Assembly: GCA_963705705.1 (NCBI GenBank)
Contig: CAVPKK010000007.1
Coordinates: 160,001 to 224,000, forward strand
DNA: 64,000 nucleotides
DNA from: an uncultured bacterium
GTDB taxonomy: Bacteria; Babelota; Babeliae; Babelales; JABCYS01
Reading direction: 5' to 3'
In this document: positions 10,154 to 20,070 of the stretch, piece after piece
How positions within the stretch are numbered: the stretch's first letter is position 1
Layout: each line of letters opens with the position of its first letter
Position numbers and translations under genes: made by a program
The notes under the pieces: model-generated
What the model was told of the DNA's origin: nothing
Seen by the model: only the letters and a program-made list of their open reading frames with translations
The model's database searches: none

Positions 10154-10702
10154 TTAGTTAATTCCTGAGATATTATTTAATGCGCCGCGCAAAGCAATGT
10201 ATCCATATTGCAGTAATGCACCAATACTCATGCAGCATATTGCGGCTAAGAAGATACCATACAATTCATTCGGCAATAGCCATGATATTTCGTGAGATAT
10301 GCAAAGCAAGCCAATGAATACCAATTGGACTGCGGTCGTCCACTTACTCAACTGCGTAATAGAACCCCATTTCATACCAAGGCTCATGATAATCATAGCC
10401 CCACCTACAATAACGCATTCCTTAATAAGCAGTAGCGAAAATAGCCACGTTGGAAATAATAAGGCCCCGGTGCTAAGTACCAATAGTTTATCAGCAATGG
10501 GATCGAGTGCCGTGCCGAATGAAGTTTGTTCATTTCTTGTGCGAGCTAAGTAGCCATCAAGGTAATCGGTAATTGCGGCGACTATAAAAAGGCCGGTCGC
10601 CAATAACCATGCACGCGCATGTATTGCGCTCAGAATATATGGAATCAAAACGATACGCGTAATAGTGCAAAGAGTTGCGAGGGTAATTATTCTTTTGTCC
10701 AT
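10154..10702 (-). CDS. pgsA: CDP-alcohol phosphatidyltransferase (PgsA-like)
   Basis: TDYLDGYLAR..FGTALDPIADK motif; hydrophobic overall. Confidence 0.85.
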   Translation of the reverse strand: MDKRIITLATLCTITRIVLIPYILSAIHARAWLLATGLFIVAAITDYLDGYLARTRNEQTSFGTALDPIADKLLVLSTGALLFPTWLFSLLLIKECVIVGGAMIIMSLGMKWGSITQLSKWTTAVQLVFIGLLCISHEISWLLPNELYGIFLAAICCMSIGALLQYGYIALRGALNNISGIN

Positions 10703-10740
10703 GGCCCGACCCTATTAAAAAGACCCGTCCAAACTATCAT

Positions 10741-11829
10741 TTAATCCAAAATTACGCCAGAACCTAAACATATGTCACCATCATAAAAGACCGCGAATTG
10801 ACCAGGTGCAATCCCTTGGTCGTTTACGTCTAATTTGACGTGGTATTTGCCGTTGTCGGTTGGCGTTAGAATACAATTATGACGCGCAGGCCCATGGCGG
10901 AGTTTAACGGTGAAGTTATTTTTTTCCGGGGCTGTCCCAGAAATCCAAGAGCAGCTGCCAATATAAAATTCATTGCGCTCTTTATCTGGTGAATAATAGG
11001 TTTTAGATATATAGACGATATTATTTTGCGTATCTTTCTTCACCACATACCAAGGCCCACCGCTGAGGCCAATACCCTGTCGCTGGCCTAGGGTGTAATA
11101 ATAAAAGCCGGGATGGGTACCAAGCTTCTTATTTGTCTCAAATTCAACCAGATCACCTGGCATGTCGCCAAAATGATGGCGCAAGAAGTCTGAAAATTTA
11201 ATAGTGCCCAAAAAGCAGATGCCTTGGCTATCTTTACGATCTTGGGCCGGTAGGTTTGCCGCGCGGGCACGGTCGCGAACTTCGGCCTTAGTCCATTGGC
11301 CAATAGGGAATAGAGCCTTTTGTAGCTGGTCTTGGGAAAGCTGCGCGAGGAAGTAGGTCTGGTCTTTAATAGGATCGGGTGCCAGGGCAAGGCAATCTGT
11401 TTGCCCGCTCGCTTCCTTTTGCCCCAAACTCACCCTTTTTTGGGCGTAATGCCCCGTAGCAATCTTATCAAACTTGGGCCCAGGTCTTTGATCTAGGTAT
11501 TCCAAGAAGGCGCCAAATTTGACCATCTTATTGCACATGATATCCGGATTCGGGGTGCGGCCGGCTTTAATCTCGCTCAGGGCATATTGGACAACCCGAG
11601 ACCAGTAGGCTTCCTGGAAATTGACCACTTCCAACGGCACCTGAAGCTGGTCACACAGCTGGCGGACGTAGCCGAGGTCTTCTTCCCATGGACAGGTGCC
11701 AAGGTGGGCTAGCTCATCTTCTAGCCATATTTTAAGGTAAAAAGCCGTGACATCGTTGCCCGCCGCCTTGAGCTCATGCAAGGCCAGTGAACTGTCCACT
11801 CCTCCGGATGTGAGAACTGCTATTTTCAT
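10741..11829 (-). CDS. mnmA: tRNA 2-thiouridylase MnmA
   Basis: SGGVDSS, TPNPDIMCN, ATGHYA, KDQTYFL, DSQGICF and PGQFAVFY motifs. Confidence 0.97.
   Translation of the reverse strand: MKIAVLTSGGVDSSLALHELKAAGNDVTAFYLKIWLEDELAHLGTCPWEEDLGYVRQLCDQLQVPLEVVNFQEAYWSRVVQYALSEIKAGRTPNPDIMCNKMVKFGAFLEYLDQRPGPKFDKIATGHYAQKRVSLGQKEASGQTDCLALAPDPIKDQTYFLAQLSQDQLQKALFPIGQWTKAEVRDRARAANLPAQDRKDSQGICFLGTIKFSDFLRHHFGDMPGDLVEFETNKKLGTHPGFYYYTLGQRQGIGLSGGPWYVVKKDTQNNIVYISKTYYSPDKERNEFYIGSCSWISGTAPEKNNFTVKLRHGPARHNCILTPTDNGKYHVKLDVNDQGIAPGQFAVFYDGDICLGSGVILD
11404..11436 (+). repeat. Partial palindromic element (subtype 2) inside mnmA
   Basis: cccgctcgcttccttttgccccaaactcaccct matches the left arm of the copies at 43713, 62049 and 49171 (reverse). 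Confidence 0.7.
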
Positions 11830-11884
11830 GTCTTCTCAAGGTTACAACCTGTATCGCCTACGAATTTAATAAAACCAGGGGTTA

Positions 11885-11912
11885 TTGCAAATTGGGGCGG
11901 CTTCTATATCAT
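11885..11912 (+). promoter_or_regulatory. Candidate sigma70 promoter
   Basis: TTGCAA-N16-TATCAT, divergent from mnmA, facing the SEL1 gene and the array. Confidence 0.35.
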
Positions 11913-12265
11913 GGAGTATACGTAATTTTCCCTTCACATAAGCGAAATTTCTTAACTTTGACAACATGATCCGGGCATTACACTCGCTGTGAGATCTTTG
12001 ATACTCCTTTTCAGATCCGATGCCCGGGTCGTTCTTTATGATCCCAAAGTACCAAACCCTAGCTTCTCGTGCTTTAAGGCCCTATATCGGCTGTGGATTT
12101 GATCTCTTTGGTCCGATTTCTCAAGGGAACCTTTTGACGTATGAATAAACCCCTCTAAAATGATTTTATGATTCATATAGAAATAAATCGGGCTTATGCA
12201 AGCTCCTTTTTTATACATTTTCCTATTAAAGGATGAGAACAATGATCACAAATGCACTAACAATA

Positions 12266-13495
12266 ATGAAGTATCTTTCACGCACCCTCTTAATAACTAT
12301 CTGCATGCATGCTGCACTATCAGCAACTTCAGCGCCTGCAGAGAAAAACATTTCTGAAGAGTTGTTGCGCCAATACAATATGGTAGTGTTGCTATTGCGC
12401 AATGCACCAACCTTTAAACCATCTCTGCAGGTAGCAGCTACCGAAATAACCCGCCTTTTACACGCAGCCGGGGATACTGACCGAGCATGGAATATAGCTC
12501 GTCTAGTTCGCCTATTGGCCCAACCAGCAAGTGAAAATCCTACTCCACTATCTACCGTTCCATCATCAGTTCCACAAGTCTCTGAATCAGTGCCCGTGCC
12601 TTCTTCAGCACTACCCTCAATAATTCCTGCTGACCAGCCAGCACCCGAATTCGATCTACCGCAATTGGAATTCCCACGAGAACTAGTTGATGGTTATAAA
12701 CAAGCTGAACGTTTGGCAAAAAAAATAAATAATAAAACAACTACTCCTGAGAAAAAGATTGAATGCCAGCTGATCCTTGGCGGGATGTATCTGCATGCTG
12801 AAGGAGTTTTCATCGATTATGATCTTGCGGTTAAGCATTTAGATGCTGTCGCAAAACAGGAACTCATTCCTACCGCTCGCGCCTCTGCACAGCTTATGCT
12901 TGGCGAGCTCTATCGATATGGCGGTGAAGGAGTGCCCCGAGATTATCGACGAGCTGTACTAGATTATTTAATTCCAGCAGCGGGCCAAAATGATGATCTT
13001 TTTGCTAAGGCCTCCGCACAATGGATTCTTGGTGAAATGTATTTTGATGGCTTAGGCGTGAATGCCAATCCTGGATATGCCTGGGTAACGTATTTGCGCC
13101 CCGTAGCTGCGCAGACAGTAAATTTACAGGCGCAGGCGTACGCATTATCAAAGCTTGGTCACATGTATGTGGATGGCTTAGGCTTCCTATCAGCTGATCA
13201 TCGTTATGCGCGTCATTATTTAGATCGCGCGGCTAAAGTGATATTCAATAATAATCCGCTTGTTGGAAATGCTGAAGAAAATTCTTCCTCTGCTCTTCCA
13301 GTAGTTCAAAATGAACCCGAAAAGTTGGGCACGTATGCTACATACACATTTAATGTACTCGTAAATGGACTGATCGATGAATATGTTGAATCACATAGCA
13401 CAAAACGATCTTCTACCGATGAAGCGGAAGAAACCGAAGATGAACAAGAAAAGGAATCTGCTAAACGAGCCAAAAAAGCGGATGAACAAGAATAA
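12266..13495 (+). CDS. Secreted SEL1-like repeat protein with C-terminal NLS-like tail
   Basis: Signal peptide MKYLSRTLLITICMHAALSA (track start 12233); four (A/C)QxxLGxMYxxGxGV-type repeats; ends KRSSTDE..ESAKRAKK. Confidence 0.8.
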   Translation: MKYLSRTLLITICMHAALSATSAPAEKNISEELLRQYNMVVLLLRNAPTFKPSLQVAATEITRLLHAAGDTDRAWNIARLVRLLAQPASENPTPLSTVPSSVPQVSESVPVPSSALPSIIPADQPAPEFDLPQLEFPRELVDGYKQAERLAKKINNKTTTPEKKIECQLILGGMYLHAEGVFIDYDLAVKHLDAVAKQELIPTARASAQLMLGELYRYGGEGVPRDYRRAVLDYLIPAAGQNDDLFAKASAQWILGEMYFDGLGVNANPGYAWVTYLRPVAAQTVNLQAQAYALSKLGHMYVDGLGFLSADHRYARHYLDRAAKVIFNNNPLVGNAEENSSSALPVVQNEPEKLGTYATYTFNVLVNGLIDEYVESHSTKRSSTDEAEETEDEQEKESAKRAKKADEQE

Positions 13496-13564
13496 GGCCA
13501 CCCGCTCAAATAATCCCGGAGAATAGAGAGTACCACCAACATTCGGATGGACAGGAAAGACATC

Positions 13565-15652
13565 ATGACTAAGCAACTCAAAAAATTTTTATATACGCTA
13601 CTAACTGCCCTTGCGGTCGGACCCCTTATGGCAACATCAGACTCGCCAAGCAGTTCATCGTCTTCAAGTTCATTGACTGCCAACATGTCGGATGCAGCAG
13701 AACCCACTCGTGCTAAGCGAAAAGCAGTTGGTCCCTCTTATGAAGAAGACGAAGCAGAAGAACGTAGTTTAATGCACGCGCAAAAGACATTAAGATCAAG
13801 TAACAGCCCGTTTGTTTTCTCTATGGCAGATGATTCTGGCCTACCTGAGCACGCTTCAAGTTCGGCTTTAAGAACCCATAATAGCTTAGCGGCTCCATTG
13901 TATACAAGTGCTCCAATTGCACCAATAATTCGAGCTGGAAATATACCTGCTTGGTTTTATGCCGGTCAACAATCGCTTCTTAAAATTACTTTTGAATACC
14001 TTAATTATGCAGATCTAACACTAGCCCGGCGTGTATCGAAAGCTTTTCACACCATGGCACCGCAAATAGTCATGCCGAGTGGCCAGCGCTGGGTGGCGTG
14101 GTGCATAGATAAAATGGAAAAGGGAAAAAATCAAACCCAGGCATTGAAAGAGATCATCTCCGCCACAGGACGCTGCCCAAATGCCCATGCAAATCTCAGA
14201 CAGATTGTAGAGGGGTATTTCCAACATGTACCGGCTGAATTACGATTTTGGGATTTAGACCCCAAGAATAAACCGGTAATTAATTCTGACAAAGATGAGT
14301 TGCGCACTAGTTTGGGCAAAATCATAGACCGCTTAACTTCACTCGAAGTGGAACATTACAAAGCTCGCGAAACAGTAAAACAGCAAGCCCCGCAATCAAC
14401 GGTAGAAAAAGATCTTGAAGCTCTCATAGAACAACAGGAAAAGGATATCGCACCTCTGAAGGGAGAAAGCCAAAGGATAATCGATCTTTTAGTTCCTGCC
14501 CTTAATGCGCTTTTTCCGTATGAATTAGCTAACACAATTTTATCCGAACTCGATATTGACACATTTCTTCCAGAGCACCTACCACTCATTCCTAAAAGTC
14601 TGGTTTTAAACAATTTAGGTATCTCTGCACTTGCCAAAAAAAGAAATATTATCAGAGGGTTCTCATCTTGTTTGGCAGCAGCATGTTTACCGTCCGTTCA
14701 TGCTTCATTGTTTGCGTTGAATAACAATATTATATGCCTAGATAAAGCACGACGCGAAGCATTGCAACATGTAGAAAAGCGTTTTAGATATAAACTGTCG
14801 GTACATGAGTTTGATCCAATAATTTCTCTTCATACAGACCTACTTGACCTTGAGTATTACCAGATAAAACTTGAACAATTACGTCTGGCATTGAAGAATG
14901 TTATTTTGAAGGATAGATCGATCCAAAGAAATACGATTGAACTTAACCTATGGGCGATGGAATCAGAGCATCGCAAATTTATTCACGATAGGATTGATAA
15001 ATATCTCGCTGCTCTAAAACGCCTAGAGCAAACTCAAAGAAGTGCCATAACTAATCATGTGTTAAAATTAATTAAAATGGTATTCGATGTTACACCTGAT
15101 ACAGAGGTGGAAGCTTGCAGGCTCTGTGTTAAAACGATTATCAATCTCTGGTCTGAATTTTTACAAAAAAACAGTACGTCGAACTATAAGTCTCGTGCGG
15201 CACATTTTGCTGCAAGAGCAGTAGCTTTGGCTGGCAATAGGTTAGAAGCAAACGATCTCAGGTTCGCCGCCATGCTGCACTTTACCGATGGAGCTTTCTC
15301 AGAAGCAGAACAATATTTTGATCATCTACTTGCTGAGTTTAAAGATAAAGTTAATTTTCTAGATTTTATACTTGCCGCTAGATCGTCAACGTTGATAGCT
15401 GCATGTAGCGATAATCATGCGGAAGCGGAACGACACTTGAATGTTGCTGCCGAAAAGTTCACTAATGCCATGGAAAAATTACATCTTGCATCTTGGACTG
15501 AAATAAAACGCAGCTCCCAAGAAATTGCTCTTTTAATATCTCACTTAGCAATTCAAGGCCCTCAATTGCGAGCTTTTGCGGATCAGATGCAAGAATATCT
15601 CACTATCATTGACGCAAAAATCGCGTCGGCAAGAGGACTAATAAGTCTATAA
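13565..15652 (+). CDS. Secreted F-box-like/TPR-like effector paralogue 1 (subfamily A)
   Basis: Signal peptide, poly-Ser, RAKRK, LLKITFEYLNYADLTLARRVSKAFHTMA, GRCPNA..VPAELRFW. Confidence 0.85.
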   Translation: MTKQLKKFLYTLLTALAVGPLMATSDSPSSSSSSSSLTANMSDAAEPTRAKRKAVGPSYEEDEAEERSLMHAQKTLRSSNSPFVFSMADDSGLPEHASSSALRTHNSLAAPLYTSAPIAPIIRAGNIPAWFYAGQQSLLKITFEYLNYADLTLARRVSKAFHTMAPQIVMPSGQRWVAWCIDKMEKGKNQTQALKEIISATGRCPNAHANLRQIVEGYFQHVPAELRFWDLDPKNKPVINSDKDELRTSLGKIIDRLTSLEVEHYKARETVKQQAPQSTVEKDLEALIEQQEKDIAPLKGESQRIIDLLVPALNALFPYELANTILSELDIDTFLPEHLPLIPKSLVLNNLGISALAKKRNIIRGFSSCLAAACLPSVHASLFALNNNIICLDKARREALQHVEKRFRYKLSVHEFDPIISLHTDLLDLEYYQIKLEQLRLALKNVILKDRSIQRNTIELNLWAMESEHRKFIHDRIDKYLAALKRLEQTQRSAITNHVLKLIKMVFDVTPDTEVEACRLCVKTIINLWSEFLQKNSTSNYKSRAAHFAARAVALAGNRLEANDLRFAAMLHFTDGAFSEAEQYFDHLLAEFKDKVNFLDFILAARSSTLIAACSDNHAEAERHLNVAAEKFTNAMEKLHLASWTEIKRSSQEIALLISHLAIQGPQLRAFADQMQEYLTIIDAKIASARGLISL

Positions 15653-15708
15653 AACAATAATCTTTCAGATCAGGATGACAAAAAAGCACTACGAATGGAG
15701 CACAAGAG

Positions 15709-17871
15709 ATGAGCCAGCAATTCAAACTATTATTTTCACTACTACTAACTGCGCTTGCGGTCGCACCACTTATAGCGACATCCGACACACCAAGCAGCAG
15801 TAGCAGTTCATCATCTTCAAGTTCATTGACTGCCAACATGTCAGATGCAGCAGAATCGATCCGCACTAAGCGAAAAGCGGTTGGTTCTTTTTATGATGAA
15901 ACCGAAGCAGAAGAACGTATAATGCATGCGCAAAAGACATTAAGGTCAAGCAATAGCCCGTCTATTTTCTCAATGGCAGATGACCTATCTGAGCAAGCTC
16001 CAAGTTCAGCTTTGATAGCCCGTAATAGCCTAATGGCTCCATTATATTTACTAAGTGCTCCAATTGCTCCAATAAATCGAGCTGGAAATATACCTTCTTG
16101 GTTTTATGCCCACGAACACTCGCTCCTTAAATTTACCTTTGAATACCTTAATTATGCAGATTTGACTTTAGCTCGCCGCGTATCGAAAGCTTTTCATGCC
16201 ACGGCACCGCAAGTAATCATGCCAAGGGGTCAAAAATGGATAACGTGGTGTATAGACAGAATGAATAGGGCGAAAAATCCGGATTCTAGAGTACCGGCCT
16301 TGAAAGAAATTATCTCTGCCACAGGGCGATGCCCTAATGCCATGGTAAACCTCAGACAGATCGTGGAAGGCTATTTCGAACACGTACCGGGAAACCTACG
16401 GTTTTGGACTGGAGGCCGCAAGTATAGACAACTTGTTTCTGACAAAGATGAGTTGCGTAATGATTTGGGCAAAATCTTAGATCGCATAACACAGCTTGAA
16501 GCGGAACATCAAAAAGATCGCGAAACAGTAAAACAGCAATCCCCTAAATCAACTGTAGAAAAAGATCTTGCCGCTCTAATAGTGCTGCAGGAAAAGGCTC
16601 TTGCACCATTAAGGGAAGAAAAACAAAAGATAGTTGACCTTTTAGTTCCTGCCCTGAATGCGCTTTTTCCGTATGAATTAGCTAACACAATTTTAGATGA
16701 ACTTGATGTTACCCAAGGCCTGCCTGAACACCTGCCACTCGTACATAAAAGTCTACCCTTAGACTCCCTAAGCATTTCTGCGCTTGCCAAAAAAAGAAAT
16801 GTAACAAGAAATTCCGTATCTTGTTTGGCAGCAGCATGTTTACCATCTGCTCACGCTTCTTTGTTTGCGTTGACTAACGATATTATATGCCTAGACAAAC
16901 CACGCCGCGTTGCACAACACCACATGGAGAAGCGATTTAGAGATAAGGTGATTGTACATGAATTTGATCCGATAACCTGTCTTTATACCGATCTAGTTGA
17001 CACCAAGTATTACCAGATAAAAATTGAACAATTACGTGAGGCATTGAAAAACGTAATTTTGAAGGAAAGATCGATCCTCAAAAATGTGATTGAACTTAAT
17101 CTGGGAGCAATGGAATCAGATTATTATAAGTTTATTTGCGATAGGGTTGAAAAATATCTCGGCGCGCTAAAAAAGCCTGATCAATCTCAAAAAGACGCCA
17201 TATCGAACCATGTATTAGGATTAATTACTCTTACGCTCGACATTGCACATGACTCAGAATTGGATGCTTGCAGAAAGCGTGTTAGTACTGTTATCCATTT
17301 CTCATGGTATGAATTTTTTCAAAAATTAAATCGGTTAGACTACTGGGCACGTGCTGCACATTTCGCTGCAAGAGCAGTAGCTTTAGCTGGCAACAAACTA
17401 ACTGCAAACGACCTCAAGTTCGCGGCAATGCTGCATTTTAACGCCAATGCTTTCACGCAGGCGGCACAATATTATGATCAATTTTTTACTGAGTTTATGT
17501 CTGATGCCGAGTATTTCGATTTTATACGAGCCGGCAGATTTTCAGCGTACCTTGGTGAGCACGGTTTTAATGATGCGGAAGCAGAACGACACTACAAGGC
17601 CGCTACAGAAAAGTTAGTTAAAGCCGTAGAGAAATTGAATTCTGCACCTTTGCACCTTTTAAAAACCAGCTTCAAAGATATCGGCCATATAAGATTACCT
17701 CGCGTATCAATTCAGCGCCCACATGCGCAAGCCTTCGAGGCGCAGCTGCAAAAATGCCGCGCAGCAATTGCCGCAAAAATTGATGAGATTGAAAGGCCTG
17801 CGGCTTTGGCTGCTCAAGAATTGGAAAGAGAGGCGGCTTTGGCTGCTGAGGTTAACCAATTCTTGGTATAG
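15709..17871 (+). CDS. Secreted F-box-like/TPR-like effector paralogue 2 (subfamily A)
   Basis: Same architecture; LLKFTFEYLNYADLTLARRVSKAF; short C-terminal duplication ERPAALAA/EREAALAA. Confidence 0.85.
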   Translation: MSQQFKLLFSLLLTALAVAPLIATSDTPSSSSSSSSSSSLTANMSDAAESIRTKRKAVGSFYDETEAEERIMHAQKTLRSSNSPSIFSMADDLSEQAPSSALIARNSLMAPLYLLSAPIAPINRAGNIPSWFYAHEHSLLKFTFEYLNYADLTLARRVSKAFHATAPQVIMPRGQKWITWCIDRMNRAKNPDSRVPALKEIISATGRCPNAMVNLRQIVEGYFEHVPGNLRFWTGGRKYRQLVSDKDELRNDLGKILDRITQLEAEHQKDRETVKQQSPKSTVEKDLAALIVLQEKALAPLREEKQKIVDLLVPALNALFPYELANTILDELDVTQGLPEHLPLVHKSLPLDSLSISALAKKRNVTRNSVSCLAAACLPSAHASLFALTNDIICLDKPRRVAQHHMEKRFRDKVIVHEFDPITCLYTDLVDTKYYQIKIEQLREALKNVILKERSILKNVIELNLGAMESDYYKFICDRVEKYLGALKKPDQSQKDAISNHVLGLITLTLDIAHDSELDACRKRVSTVIHFSWYEFFQKLNRLDYWARAAHFAARAVALAGNKLTANDLKFAAMLHFNANAFTQAAQYYDQFFTEFMSDAEYFDFIRAGRFSAYLGEHGFNDAEAERHYKAATEKLVKAVEKLNSAPLHLLKTSFKDIGHIRLPRVSIQRPHAQAFEAQLQKCRAAIAAKIDEIERPAALAAQELEREAALAAEVNQFLV

Positions 17872-17930
17872 CAATGATCTTTCAGGTAACAAAATTGACA
17901 ATTAATAGCATCAAGAATGGACCAAAACAG

Positions 17931-20033
17931 ATGAACCAGCAATTCAAACTATTATTTTCCCTGTTAACTGCCCTTGCGGTTGCACCCCTTATTGCGACAT
18001 CCGACACACCTAGCAGTTCATCAAGTTCATCGACTGCCAATATGTCAGATACTGCAGAATCTACCCGTGCTAAGCGAAAAACAGTTGGTCCTTCTTATGA
18101 AGAAGATGAAGCAGAAGAGCGTAGTTTAATGCATGCCCAAAAATTATTACGATCAAGTAATAGCCCATCTAGTATGGCAGATAACTCTGGCAGGCCTGAG
18201 AATGCTTCAAGTTCAGCTTTGATAGCCAATAATGAAAGTAACCTTTCGGCTGATTTACATGGTCAATTAGGCGCGCCAATACCTGCTTGGTTTTACGTGA
18301 GCCCGTTTTTCAAAATAAGCTTTGAGCATCTTAATTATGCAGACTTAACTGTGGCTCGATCTGTATCGAAGGCTTTTCACGCGATGGCACCACAGGTACT
18401 TATGCCGACCGGTCAAGATTGGGTGACTCAGTTTACGAGAAGGTTCGCCCGGGCAAAAACTGCCACCGAAAAATATAATGCTTATAGGGATATTGTCTCA
18501 GCTGTTGGTCGCTGTCGCAATCCAAGCGTATCGCTGCAAAATATTATAAAAAATTATTACACGCAGGTACCGTATGAGTTGCGGTTTTGGTACGGGGAAA
18601 AGGACAAATTTCCTGTTGAAGCAAAAGATAATTTACGCGACGAGCTTGGTACTGTTTTAGATGAAATAGAAAAAGCAGAAGCTGAAAAGCAACGTAACTG
18701 CCAGGCACTACGCCAGCAAGCAAACCAAACAAATGCGGCTAGGGAGCTTGATGAATTCAATACGCGCTACGAAAAGATTTTACGACCATTAAAAGAAAAG
18801 CAAGCACGAAAAGTTGATGCATTAATGCCTTCTCTTCGCGTCCTTTGCCCGTATGCCACTGCCAGCATGATAGTACATGAGCTCAATGGCCAGCAACTCC
18901 TTCCCGATATCCTACCGTTGGTACATGAAAAGGATGAAGAACTAGATGCGCGGGCGCTATATATATTGGCAAAAAAATTAGTTGGCAACGAAAAATTAGT
19001 TGCTAAGGAATGCGTATCAGCACTTGCAGCTGCGTGCGTGCCATCGGTTCATGCATCTTTAGTTATACAGAAAGATCGGGCAGGCCTCGCGCAAAAAAAA
19101 GAATTAGAGTATCAGTTTATCAGGCCGATGCCCTTTGATGAACTTGATCCAGCCCGACGTCTTGATATGATTGGCGATGAACTAAAGCTTCAGGTGCGCC
19201 TAGTCAAATTAGAGCAGCTAAAACAAGCGCGCAACGATGTTATTTTAGATAAACGATCAATATCTAAGCGCGAGATTGAAAAAATATACTGGGATCAAAA
19301 GCGGGCTATCCAACGATTTCTATTCACTCGAATCAATGCGTATGTAAAAGAATTAGAGTTAGGGAAATTGCCCAACGAGATTACAACAGCCCACATTCAT
19401 ACATTCATTAAGACTCTTCTTACGCTCATTGATCCAAAGGAATCAGGATCCTACAAATTAATATCTGACGTATGCGGGCCTTGGCATAGTTTTATCGAAT
19501 CTCTAAATCCGGTTAATCGCGACGAAATTTGGCAAAAGATTGCTTATTTTGCAGATAAAGCTGTTGAATTATCCATTTCTAAAAATATATGGGAATTCGA
19601 GGCTGCTGCGATTGCTCATGTAAGAGCCAGAGATATTGGAAAGGCTGATCAATATTACGACCAACTGTTTGCTGAATTCGGTAATGCGGTGGATCCTTTG
19701 CAATACTTCACTGCAGGTCTGGTATCAACGGCGCTAGCTTCTAATTATCATAAAAACAATCAATTAGAAAAAGCAAATCAACACTGGAATACCGCAGCTA
19801 AAAGATTAAACCGCTCCATACATTTGATATCCCGTATTACATCTCTGAAAGCCTTACACGATGGGGTACAGATTTCAAGAAATATAAGCAAACTCATTTC
19901 TACTAAACAGGAAAACATTCATCCGCAAGTGCTAGCTAAGATACAAGAATGCCACGCAGCAATTGACGCAAAAAGTAATGAGTTAGAAAAGGCGGCCATT
20001 GAAGCTGCCAACAATAACAATAATGCAGGTTAA
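17931..20033 (+). CDS. Secreted F-box-like/TPR-like effector paralogue 3 (subfamily B)
   Basis: MNQQFKLLFSLL start; FEHLNYADLTVARSVSKAF; ARAKTATEKYNAYRD. Confidence 0.85.
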   Translation: MNQQFKLLFSLLTALAVAPLIATSDTPSSSSSSSTANMSDTAESTRAKRKTVGPSYEEDEAEERSLMHAQKLLRSSNSPSSMADNSGRPENASSSALIANNESNLSADLHGQLGAPIPAWFYVSPFFKISFEHLNYADLTVARSVSKAFHAMAPQVLMPTGQDWVTQFTRRFARAKTATEKYNAYRDIVSAVGRCRNPSVSLQNIIKNYYTQVPYELRFWYGEKDKFPVEAKDNLRDELGTVLDEIEKAEAEKQRNCQALRQQANQTNAARELDEFNTRYEKILRPLKEKQARKVDALMPSLRVLCPYATASMIVHELNGQQLLPDILPLVHEKDEELDARALYILAKKLVGNEKLVAKECVSALAAACVPSVHASLVIQKDRAGLAQKKELEYQFIRPMPFDELDPARRLDMIGDELKLQVRLVKLEQLKQARNDVILDKRSISKREIEKIYWDQKRAIQRFLFTRINAYVKELELGKLPNEITTAHIHTFIKTLLTLIDPKESGSYKLISDVCGPWHSFIESLNPVNRDEIWQKIAYFADKAVELSISKNIWEFEAAAIAHVRARDIGKADQYYDQLFAEFGNAVDPLQYFTAGLVSTALASNYHKNNQLEKANQHWNTAAKRLNRSIHLISRITSLKALHDGVQISRNISKLISTKQENIHPQVLAKIQECHAAIDAKSNELEKAAIEAANNNNNAG

Positions 20034-20070
20034 AATGACAATTAATAGCATAAAGAATGAAACAAAACAG

